From: the human T2T-CHM13v2.0 reference genome, Homo sapiens
DNA length: 64,000 bases
NCBI RefSeq assembly: GCF_009914755.1
Contig: NC_060926.1
Reading direction: 5' to 3' (one strand)
A program made the translations under genes and the position numbers. Below are positions 41,023 through 52,318 of the stretch, in pieces. The notes beneath the pieces are model-generated. The model searched no databases. It was not told the origin of the DNA and worked only from the letters and a program-made list of their open reading frames with translations. The stretch's first letter is position 1. Each line of letters opens with the position of its first letter.

Positions 41023-41240
41023 CAGAGTTTGTTACTCTCATCACAACTGACGTTTGGGCCTGAGTAATTCTTTGTTGTGGAAGACTGTCCTGTGCATTGT
41101 GGGATGTGTAGCATCATCCCTCGCCTCTACCCACTAGATGCAAGTAACACCTCTCCCCCCAGCTGTCACAACCGAAAATGCCTCCAGACATTGCCAGATA
41201 TCCTCTGGAAGGCAAAATCACCCTTGGTTGAGAACCACTG
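41023..41240 (-). mobile_element. MER20 hAT-Charlie MITE (inserted in an L2 fragment)
   Basis: taattctttgttgtgg...gtcctgtgcattgtgggatgtgtagcatcatccc...ccagacattgccag...ggttgagaaccactg; partial 8-bp TSD ctctatgg/ctctctgt. Confidence 0.88.
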
Positions 41241-42059
41241 CTCTCTGTCAATCACGGTTCTAGAAGCTATGGATACAGAAATGAAGAAAATCTTGAAACT
41301 GTAAATGCATGCAATATAACATGTTGACATAAGAAAATCTCCTTAGTTACTAGCCTATGTGCCCTGTTTGAAATAAATGATCTATATAAAATCCACTGCA
41401 GGCTGGGAGGGTATTTATAGACCCACAAGGCTGTAGGTGGCAGCAAAAGGCATTTTCTGGGTTGAATTCTCCCTGGAAGGGTCCTCTTATCTACACTCAA
41501 AGCATTTTTCTCCCCAGTCATTCATCCAACAAATATTTATTGAGAGTCCACTGGTTACCAGGCATGTTATGCTTGTTTCCCCTTCTCCCTTTGATTAGCT
41601 TTCTCCATGACCTCCAGAACTAGCCACTAGCCACTGCTGGGGGTTTTAAAAGCTGTTCATTTGCAGTACCATGCTGCCTCCCCAAAGCATTTCTATTTAA
41701 CTGCCATGTGCCTACTCCATATGGAATACACAGGAGGTCTGGAAATTCACGATTCAATTAACAGGAATTTAATTAGTGCCTACTCTTTGTGAGGTAGATT
41801 AAGAAGAATATGGTATGTGTCCTTCACTTGACCATGAGCCATTCTGGAAGTTGGGACATCTTGTTTCAGAAGCCCTGGGAGCGTTTTCCTAGCAGATCAA
41901 AGTCTACCAGAGAGAACTGTTCAGGGTGGTTCCCACAAAGGTTTATAGTATCCATCATCAGCAATCTAACGTGTATATGACTTTACAGAAAAGGTTTCAT
42001 TTTTCTTTTAAAAATTCTCCATTTGCCGCACACACACTGGTAACTTGGTCATAGTTGCT

Positions 42060-42570
42060 GGGGTGGATTATAGATGTCTAAAGATGTCTCGTGTAATATT
42101 TTTACCACTTCTGCCATTGAGCAGTGGAGTCTATTTCCCCTCTTCTGGAGTCTCCTAGCTTTGACCCATAGAATGTGGCAGGAGTATACTCTGTAACTTC
42201 CATGGCCATGCTGTAGGAGATCTGCGGTGGCTGCTTCCAGCCATTTGCAGTACTTTCTCTTGGAATATCATTGCAATGCTGTGAAAACCTCAAGCCATGC
42301 AGAGGAGCACTGAGGTGCTCCAATGGACAGCCCTAGCTGTCTCTTCAAACAGCAGGGAGCCTTCACTGGCAGCCATGGAGGTGAGACTATTTTGAATTTT
42401 CCAGTTGTTCTGCAGCCCTAGCCAATAACACGTGGAGCATAGATTAGCTGTCCCTGGCGAGCTCTGCCAAAATTGCAGAATTGTGAGCAAATACATGATG
42501 TTTTTTGTTTTAAGCCACAGTTGTTTCTTGGATTGTTACTCATCAATCGATTCAATAGACAACAAAGACA
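42060..42570 (+). mobile_element. MLT1G/H-like MaLR solo LTR
   Basis: gtggagtctatttcccctc...tagaatgtggcaggagt...ctgccaaaattgcagaattgtgagcaaata...gttttaagccac. Confidence 0.75.
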
Positions 42571-42890
42571 GTTACTTCTCAAAATTTCTTCCCTCTGAAC
42601 TCTCTCCAACTTTCTGCTGATTAGGAAGTCCAGTCCCTAATGGCCTAGTTGACTGTCCCTGGCATGGGCTTTCAATTTAGCTTCTCCATCCATTTTTTTC
42701 TCTATCCGTGATGAATTGTCTTGCCTTTGGGGAAGAAATAGACCATTCCCCAAAACTTACCCACTTACTCTTTCTTGCTCTTACTTGAGTCTAGATTTGG
42801 ACCACGAGACTCTCACTTTAACTGGTTAACCAAGAAGATTGATCATTTTCTAGTTATAGATTCAATTTATACTATCGTTTTTTGAAGTAG

Positions 42891-43577
<687 letters not shown>

Positions 43578-45222
43578 CCTTCTTTTGAATCACAGGGATG
43601 TTAATCAGTGTGCAGTAAAGACTGAACATAAAAATGGCGAATGGATATAAATGCTGTTGTTGGGAACTATGGTCCTAGCTGAGGGGCACCAAGATTAGAA
43701 GAAAACACTCACCACCCACGATGAACTCCAACAGGACTCCCTGTCAGATTTTCCAACAAAATGCCCCTTGTAAATCACTTTTAGGGGCCTTTGAATCCCT
43801 AAATTTCAGCAAAGTCCTGTTGAGATGCTGTATATGCTTTTCTTATATGAAATATTTAATGGTCCATCTCAGCCCCTTGTAGCAGGCTAATGCATTTCCT
43901 CTCCTGTTTTATCAGCAGTGTTTTGTGTTAGTCATTTATACCACGGGGTGGACTTCTCAGCCCCTACCTCCCTGCACCCACCCACCCAATCTTGTTATGA
44001 TGTTCATTTGTCACATGCAGTACTGTGGTTCCTTAGAGAAACACAATTGATATGCCATCAAATTGCTCCTGACAGAGTGGTTTTAAAAGCTTTTAGAGCG
44101 GATGTACAGGGGAAAGTTTTGTCTTCACGGAGTCAGTGTGGCTCATCTGTCTGTATTAAATGTCTAACAGTTACACTGAACAAGAATGACATTTTAAATA
44201 AGAGTAAGTACTGCTTAACTTTTTAATGTCATTTTTTTAGAGCCAAGGATTTGAATTTTTTTGGTAAATGTACATAGCTCAGTTTATAATATAGGCTTTC
44301 ATTTTTTTCTCCACTCTTTCCTCCATTGCAAATATCTAAATGTCTCTATTTTCAGTTGAGTTGGTAGAATCTGTCTCTCTTGAGATGTTCGGGGATTTCT
44401 TTTTAAAGGCATTGGCAGATTTCTTTCTGTACAGGCTTAAAGTTAGCCAGTCTTGTCTGGATTCAGGGGGTTACAAAAGTAGCATCAGCAGCAAAGACTG
44501 CTGAGTACAGGGAAGTTGGGAAACATCATGTGAAAGACAAGGAACTGGATATTTACAAGTCAACAGTCAGGTGGGCAATAGAATCCCAAAGAATACAAAG
44601 GCTAAATGATCACTGATCCAGCTGGCATGTTCCAGTCCTTGCAAATAGCTGCCTAAAGGCCTCTAGGCCTGCAGGGGCAAACTGAGGCAGGAGCTCATGT
44701 GCACTGTGGGGCAATGCACCCGAGAGAGCAGAGGAGCAGCACCAGAAGCAAAGTATGGGCCTTACCACCAAGGCCACCTGTCCCAGCTGCAGGCCTTTAT
44801 TTTAAGAGATTTGATTCTGGACGAGCATAGTTTTCCCAAGCTCTTTGCTGAATTTCAGTTTTATTTCTCTGAGGCTTTGAAAGTTTATGAACGTATGCCA
44901 TATAGAGTGTAGTTTTCCTTAGGTTCCATAAGGAAAACTGTCTTCCTCTTCAAAATAAAACCAAACTCTCCTAGGCTTGGCACTGGAAAGAGCATCTCCG
45001 GATGAGAAGAGAAGGTTGAACCACTGGACTCCTCTGTGCCCTAAATCAACTTCAGGCTGCAGATCATCTTCTTTATTGCTGCCTTGTGTGCTCCACTCCT
45101 CTGTTCAGTGGATGGAAATCTCTTTCACCTGATGTGTCATTAGCACTGCTGACCAAACTGGAATTTACCAAATTAAAAAAACAAAACTCAGAAAAGCTTC
45201 AACCTTCTGACTTATTTTGTTA

Positions 45223-45513
45223 TTTTTTTTTTTTTTTTTTTTTTAAGACAAGTTATTTCTCTATCATCCAGGCTGGAGTGCAGTGGCGTGATTTGATCAT
45301 AGCTCACTGCAGCTTCAAATGCTTGAGCTTAAGGAATTCTCCTGACTCAACCTCCTGAGTGGCTGTGACTACAGGTGCATGCCAGTGTATCCAGCTAATT
45401 TTTAAAAGTGTTTTTTGTAGAGACAGGGTCTTTTACTTTGTTGCGCAGGCTGGTCTTGAACTCCTGGCCTCAAACAATCCTTTCCACTCAGCTTCCCAAA
45501 GTTCTGGGATGAC
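45223..45513 (-). mobile_element. AluJ-type SINE
   Basis: T-tail, then gatcatagctcactgcagcttcaaa...ttgtagagacagggtctt...cccaaagttctgggatgac. Confidence 0.9.
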
Positions 45514-45972
45514 TTATAAAATACATGTTTTTGATCCTGTTATGAGAAGTCTGTAGAAACGCTACCTCTAGAAAATGTACTGTTCACACTCCAAGATATT
45601 TCTCTATAGATGGACATGTACATACACATGCGCACACACACATCATATCCATTTAACAGGGCTCAGCCCAAATGTCACCTTCTCTGTTCACTACAGCCAA
45701 TTACAGTTTCTTCTTTCTCTATGTCAGGGCTTTTCTAATAATATGTCCCCAGCCCTTGTAGTGCTCCAGGCATTAGGCCATAGAAATACCCCTTAATATG
45801 CACCATTTGTGTAGCATACTTACGTAACTGTAGGCCTAGCAGCATTAACTAAGGAGATTGCCTGTGTAGACACTGAAATTTCCAACTGCTAGTTCCTTTC
45901 CAAGTCATGTTGATTAGGTTTCTTAAAGAGGATCTTCAACTCTAGATTCAGGGAATACTCGATTAGAATGGA

Positions 45973-45973
<1 letters not shown>

Positions 45974-46013
<40 letters not shown>
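45974..46013. repeat. (CA)20 microsatellite
   Basis: Seen directly. Confidence 0.97.
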
Positions 46014-46015
<2 letters not shown>

Positions 46016-46039
46016 GTATTCACTTTCTGAAAGTTTATT
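45995..46039 (-). terminator. Canonical minus-strand polyadenylation site (AATAAA, CA, GU-rich element)
   Basis: The minus strand reads AATAAActttcagaaagtgaataCActgtgtgtgtg; the hexamer is tttatt at 46034-46039. Confidence 0.4.
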
Positions 46040-46168
46040 AGACAATGACCCAAGATGCAAATGTTTAGTTACAATTTTAAGCCACATTCAAGATCTTGTT
46101 TAAACACAAAAAACACATGCCTGAAGAATGAAGAGTGAACGCCAAAGCATCCACCCTAGGCCTGTTCA

Positions 46169-46396
46169 TTATCTCCTGCACCTCCACCTGCATCTGTTGG
46201 CTTCTTGGGTCTTGTGCTGGTCATCCCCAGGCTCCAGAGGCCCTCTGCACATCTTCTCAGGGTCTGATTAGTATGGTCAAGTGATTTGTTGCCACACTGT
46301 GGAAAATCTTTTTCTGAGATGGTCACGCCTGCATTACTGCTGCCACCACTGAGATTGCTGTGGTGGTGCTTTCATTTGGATTTTACAGCTTGGCAT
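46169..46396 (-). pseudogene. Putative decayed Arg-rich (protamine/transition-protein-like) small ORF, 75 codons with 3 internal stops
   Basis: Translation: MPSCKIQMKAPPQQSQWWQQ*CRRDHLRKRFSTVWQQIT*PY*SDPEKMCRGPLEPGDDQHKTQEANRCRWRCRR** . It has 10 Arg codons plus 22 TGN/CAN codons, each one CpG transition from CGN. AATAAA lies 130 nt downstream. No homologue recognised. Confidence 0.4.
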
Positions 46397-49300
46397 TTTG
46401 CCATCTGTGAGCCCAGACTCTCTCTCTGTCTGTCTTCTCTACTCATTACCTCCTCTGAGGCTTCTCTTTCTGACTTCACAATTCCATCTCAAACTTTACA
46501 TCCTCTCAGGGACCCTGACTTTAGCTCCCTGGCCACAGGGTCTCAGTCTCACTGGCCCCATCTCTCTTCTTCAGCCTTGAGGACCTTGCATGCCGCTCAC
46601 TTGCTACACTTTGGTCTCACATCCTCCCACTCAAAAAGTGATGGAAACTGAGGCTTCTGGGGCAGATCACTGGGGTCAGATTGGGAAAAGCCTGGAATAC
46701 CACACCAAGGAATTTGCATTCTTTAGGGGATGTAAAGCCTGTTTTTCATGTTTTCAATTCCAAGCTACAACTTTGAGGATTTTTAGATTTTGGAACACAT
46801 GTGATTTGGAGAAGGGCTTACAGTCTCTCAGGGGACCATTTGGGGAGAAAAACCACACAGTATGATTATTGTATTTAAATAAACACTGGTGTTGGTTCAG
46901 AGCACTATTCCCTGTAATTGCCTACTTACAGAAGTATGCAATGCTAGAACAAAAACTTCACCTGTTTTCCCCGTGTGGTTTCTGAAAATGGATATTTACA
47001 CTGACACAGTACACTTTTTTCAACTTGGAAAAATATATCACCCTTTTATTTTCAGGCAGATCATGGAACCATTTGTTTTTTAATGTGAGGGATGGTCGTG
47101 GGCAGGTAAGCTGCTGGATGTGGAAAGGGAACCAGTCTCCCATCACTTTCTCCTCAGGTGAAGTTGAAAGCTCAGCCTGTTGCCCACGAGGTTAGCTGTC
47201 TAGAATCCACAGAGGGCCATCCCTGGGCAAAAATGAAGAAGTAGGCAGGGGCATTTCTCTGTAAGCCTACTTTAATCTCCCCATTCTCTTTTATGCCCCA
47301 CTCTCCAGGCCTCATTGCTGGGCAGTTTCGTCCCAGGCTCTGTGCCTTCAAGCAGCTCAGAAGCCTATGTTTCCTTCCTGTTTGGTCTATTTATATTTCC
47401 CCTCCAAGCCAACACACTGCCTTTCCTTCCCTGTGACAGTGATATTCAGATTTTTCCTTCTGTCTTATCTGGATTCAATTTCATACCAAACCAACTAGAA
47501 ATGGAGTTTAGTTCTCCCAAGTGAATAGGCACAGTTTCTCTTGAGCTACAGTCTAGTGTGGAGTGTAGAGTCCTTTGATGAGGAGTTCTAACACTAATGA
47601 CAAGCTATTGCTTCTCTTTGAGGCTTGATTTCCATAGCTGTACAATGATTGTGAAATATACAGTAAGAGCCACAAAATAGCCTTTACTCACACAGCACTT
47701 TCAGGACTCTAATGGCACCCCACACATTTCTTCCCAGATTGCTCTGAGCATCCCCTAGTGTTTCTAACACATATTTTTAGAAAGCACTTGACTTGGCAGT
47801 ACAAGATCTCTGCCATTGTCTTATTCCTTCTTGCTCCTTCTCACCGTAAGCCCACATAGCCGTGCCACCAGCATCCATGACAGGCTCCACCACTGTTAGC
47901 TGAGCATCACCAAAGTCCTCATGGTTCCTACTGGTCCCGATTTCTGTGTAATGGCTGGCACTACCCAATGTTTCTGGCAAGGGTTGCCATGCCTGATGTC
48001 TGGGGTCCAGCTGCTGCTGCCAGTGCTGCCTCTTCTGCTGCCAACCCCACTCTTTTCATCCTCCTGCTGCTTCCACCAACATTTCTGCTGCCATCGCCAA
48101 AATTACAGATGCTGCCAGCACTGCAGCTTTGCTTCCCCCCTGCTGTCTTGTTGCTGCATTGCCATGGGCATCAGGCAAGGGTTCAGGGGCCTAGGCCAAA
48201 TGGCACTGTGGCCACTTGTATGTCTCCCTCCTGGAAAATGCAGGCTATCCAATAAAGGGGAGAGAGGAACAGGGCAGAGCACTATAAAAGGCAGTGAGTG
48301 ATTGGTAAAGTTAACTGGGATATGTATATATATTTCATCTTTCTAGACTGTGGTTTCATACGATTCAGTTAAGAATACTTGATCCCAATATCCTTTCAAC
48401 ACTTCAGCATCTGTGAGTCTTTTCAGTGGAGACCCAGAACCTCTAAGTGGATGGAATAGGGCAGGTGGTATAGGCTTGTGGCAGATCCCGGAGAAGAACC
48501 AATGCCACTTGATGTTTTTTTTTTTTTTATTCCATGGCATTCCCTGTGTGAGACTGTGCATGTGTGCTTATGTGTGCATGTGTGTTCTCTGTATCTGGAG
48601 TCACTACTACAAGTTTTTCAGAGCAGGGGTTGGTTCTCATTATAATCACATTAACCTCCAAGCATGCACTCTGATGCCAAGCTGTAGGATTCCATAAATG
48701 TTTGATGAGAAGTTTGTTTGTTTTTCATTCAGAACATTTTTTTTATTATTAAAAGCTCCAAATGACTAGGAACAAAGTGCTTAATATTCTCCAGCAACTC
48801 CACCCAGTCAGCACATCAAAAGTTACCAAAAAGGGACAAGAGAAATCAAAGAGATGCAAATGAACATAATGTCACCACCTTGCCTTTATTGTACTTAAAA
48901 AAAAAAAAAGATTCAGAAAAATTTTCTCACTAACACAAATCTGTTATTCATTAAATATTGGTGATGTGGACAGGGACATGGGACATTTGTATCTGTGCAA
49001 GCCACAACTTAGGCCTTAGCTCCTCTCCTGCTAGAGTTCAGAAATCTTTGGACATGATTGTTAAGATTTGGGTAACAATAAACCCAAAATAACTGGATTT
49101 ACCTTTATTTTCCTGCACCTTCCCTTCAAGAACTTCAGCCTTTTATATTCTTCCCAAATAGCTATAGAAGTCCTCAGAGGATCTAAGTTGTGTTTGTAAA
49201 ATCAGCCATATTGACAACTACATGGATCTTTGACTTTTTCTTCCTGCTCCCGCAGAACACCGTGGTGAAATTTGCAGCACCATCCGGTGCCAAATTTAGC

Positions 49301-50807
49301 ATCCAGGTCACTGGTGCCACGGAAAGCGTTGCCACTGATGCTTGTGCCGGGAAAGGCACCTCTCCTCTGCTTCAGTGTCCATGCTAAGGGTGCTCATACC
49401 CAAGGCTGCAGGTGCCATTGTTTCCCTCTATTAGTGTCTCCAGGGGCTTACTGAAGGGTCTTTTCATCCTGGGAGCAGCCTATGGTCTTGCCCTTTCTCA
49501 GTATTTGTCATCCTGCCTTGCCTGAGTGCCATTACTTCAGAGCTAAGAAAGAAGATGCTCAGTGGTTTTAATTAGGTTAAACTAATCCCTCCTGGTATGT
49601 TACCCTTCCAGGAAACCTAATGCCTCACACTGACAAAAATGCACCCAGTGGATCTTAAAAAGTAGTAGAGATTATGCCAGGCGTTGGCCTCGTTTGAAAG
49701 GAAGGATCTGGCTTTTCCTGGAAATAATAACCGCCTGTTTTCTCTTTGCATCAGATCAGCTCCCTCTTCTTCCTCACTGCTCCTTCTTTTCCTGACCTCC
49801 ATTCCTATGGATTAGCTAATTAGTACAAGCACCACATAGATGAGGCTTTATAGCAAGGGTAGAAAGAGCAGATGATGTTGGGAGCATGGAGAATGATATA
49901 GCTAATTAAAACAACAACAACAATATTCAACAACAACAAAAACCAGCAGCTGCCTCCCTTCTGCTTCTGGAGGGAAAACTTTGAATCATTTTGTGAAGTT
50001 GATTGAGATGTACAGAGCATTGGAGGAATGAATAGTAGTATTATTACATTCAAATTACATGGTTCTCCCTGAAATATGAGAGTGAATATAGTGTAATAAG
50101 AACACAAATTTTCTTCCTGACTCACCACTTCCAAACTCTGCAACCTTGGACAAGTTACTCACCCTCTCTGGGCTTCAGTTTTCATATCTATCACAAGGAG
50201 AAAATACTAGTGTCTGTCCCATAGACTTGTTAGAAAAATGTAAACAAAGAAAGACCTATGTAATAGAATTGTAGCTGATACAACATTAGTACTTTATAAA
50301 TATTAGCTATGACCTGAAATTTGCCATTATAATTATTATTTAGGCACTGCCACCCACATTTAGTTCTGCAGTTTATGTGGTTTGATTATTTTTCCCTAGA
50401 GAAGGCTCATGGCTTTTTGGCTATTAAGCATTTTTTTTCCTGTTGGTATTTTAGAAAGATATAAAATGGCATCTCAGAAGGGCCTCTAGCTATTGGAAAG
50501 GTGAATCGCCCGTTGGTTTAATTAGAAGAGATATTTTCAGGTGGTGCCCTGAAAAATGAGATGATGTTTTTTGAAGAGCTACTGCTACCGGGGAGATAGC
50601 TTATCACGGTGTGGGTTTCCACAATGCCGGGAGCTAAGTTCCAGGAATAAACCGAGCTAAGAAATATATTCTGAGTATTGAATGTGATTACGAGGGGTAG
50701 GGAGCCTGAAAACATGTGACATTAAGGCAATTTTCTTAGGGACAGAAAGTCATACTCTATTAGGTCTTTTGGCCTCATAAAGTGTTCTAGGCCTGTATGG
50801 GTATTTT

Positions 50808-51650
50808 GTGTTTGTCAGGGTGGACAAGATTGTGCTGAGAAACTACCTAATCCCCATCCCAGTGGCTTAATAACACAGAGTTATTTCTCACTCCTAATAC
50901 CTGCTGAGTAGAAGCAGCTGCAGGGGTGAGTCCTATGTGTCTCCTCCACTTATCAGCCCAGATCTCCAGGCTGGTGGAGCCTCCACCTTTAATAACAGCC
51001 ATTCTCAAACTTTTTAATTTCCTAAATTCCTTTACATTCTTAAAAAATATATACAAGACATTTGTTCATATGATTTATAACTATAGATATTTACTGTATT
51101 ATGCACTAAAACTGAGATGTAAAATATTTATTTACTCATTTAAAAGTAAGTATATAGCCAATACATGTTGAGATAAATAACACTTCATGGAAAATGACCA
51201 CATTTTCCAAAACAAAACAAAAGAACGACTCTGTTTTGCATTTCCTGGTCTCTTTAATGTCTAGCTTATTTAAGGACAGCTGGATTCCCATATCTGCTTC
51301 TGCATTTAATCTATTGCCACATGCTTTTTTGCTTGAAGAGAAAACCTAGGCTTTCACAGAAATGTGATTAGAAAAGAAACAATCTCTTGGACCCCTATAA
51401 TGGTCTTAAGAAAGCTCAGGGGTCCTTGGATCACAGTTTGAGGACTGCTGAAGTAAAACTTTTCCAGTCACTGTGGCTGAAAACAGGAGTGATAGTTCTC
51501 CAGCTCTTTAATATCAGAAGGAATGTAAGTCGCTTTTGCTTATAATTTGTTGCGTACAACTCACCACATGATCAAGCCTAACTTCAATTAAGGCTGGGAA
51601 ATACGGGAAAACAAATGGAGTAATTAATGAGGAACACTGTTTCTGCCACA
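50808..51650 (-). mobile_element. Old MLT1 (I/J-like) LTR interrupted by a Charlie element
   Basis: cccagtggcttaataacacagagttatttctcact...gatctccaggctggtggagcctccacc [insert] ...ggctgggaaatac...cactgtttctgccaca. Confidence 0.55.
50996..51450. mobile_element. Charlie1b-like hAT DNA transposon derivative
   Basis: Termini cagccattctcaaactt...cacagtttgaggactgctg; internal ctctttaatgtctagctta...gacagctggattcccatatctgcttctgcatttaatct. Confidence 0.72.
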
Positions 51651-52149
51651 AAATCATCTACTTCATATCTTGGTAGTCCTTCCTTTCCTTCCCACCTCCC
51701 TCCCCAGTTACTTGCTTGCCAGTGACTTCTTCATTTCCTTTCCTTTTCTTCTTTTCTTTTTTAATGCTGACCTGTAGAGTATTGAAATCAAACTCAATGG
51801 AAGTTGGTTCAGAAAATGGGATATCAGGGAGAGCTGAGGCAGATTGGCAAGCCTTGAGCTGCCTTTATTGCAACTGTGTGACACCTTCCTCTTGTTCCTT
51901 TGTATCTTTTTCATCTACTCTTCTGCTGTAGCTGTGTTCCCTTGGGCTATTTTGACCCTCTCAAAATTAAAATTCTATTGGCATTTTTTCTGTCTGCTCA
52001 CATTCAAATCCATGGTTTGCCAGACATTGTATTCACATCAACTATTTCCTCAAAGCAGTTCTCAGATGTGAAGTAGAGATGATTCACCTTGGGCTTCTGG
52101 AACTTTCAGCATCCATGTCTGCCTGAGGCCTTCTGTTATCCATTGCTCT

Positions 52150-52318
52150 AGGCCACTATTGCCCAGATATTAGCATGCATATGAATCACCTGGGGCTCTT
52201 GTAAATGCAGATTCTGATTCAGTAGGTTGTAGGGTGAGACTGAGATTCTACATTTCTAACAAGCTCCAAGGTGATGTGGATGCTGTTGGTCCTGGATCAC
52301 ATTTTGAGTTATAAGGCT
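52150..52318. mobile_element. MER5A/B hAT MITE
   Basis: gaatcacctggggctcttgtaaatgcagattctgattcagtagg...catttctaacaagctccaaggtgatg...ggtcctggatcacattttgagt. Confidence 0.8.

Noticed and set aside
41430-41445. CTCF-like motif gctgtaggtggcagca
   Set aside because: It has two mismatches in the 5' core; such matches are expected by chance in 64 kb and cannot be supported without ChIP data.
46169-48165. Arg-rich frames as endogenous anellovirus/circovirus capsid N-termini
   Set aside because: There is no downstream capsid- or Rep-like sequence, and the short frame ends in a stop, 3' UTR and poly(A) signal like a cellular gene.
47921-48301. Plus-strand 126-aa and 95-aa ORFs as real genes
   Set aside because: They are open because of CTG/CAG-rich, stop-poor composition, and show no recognisable domain.
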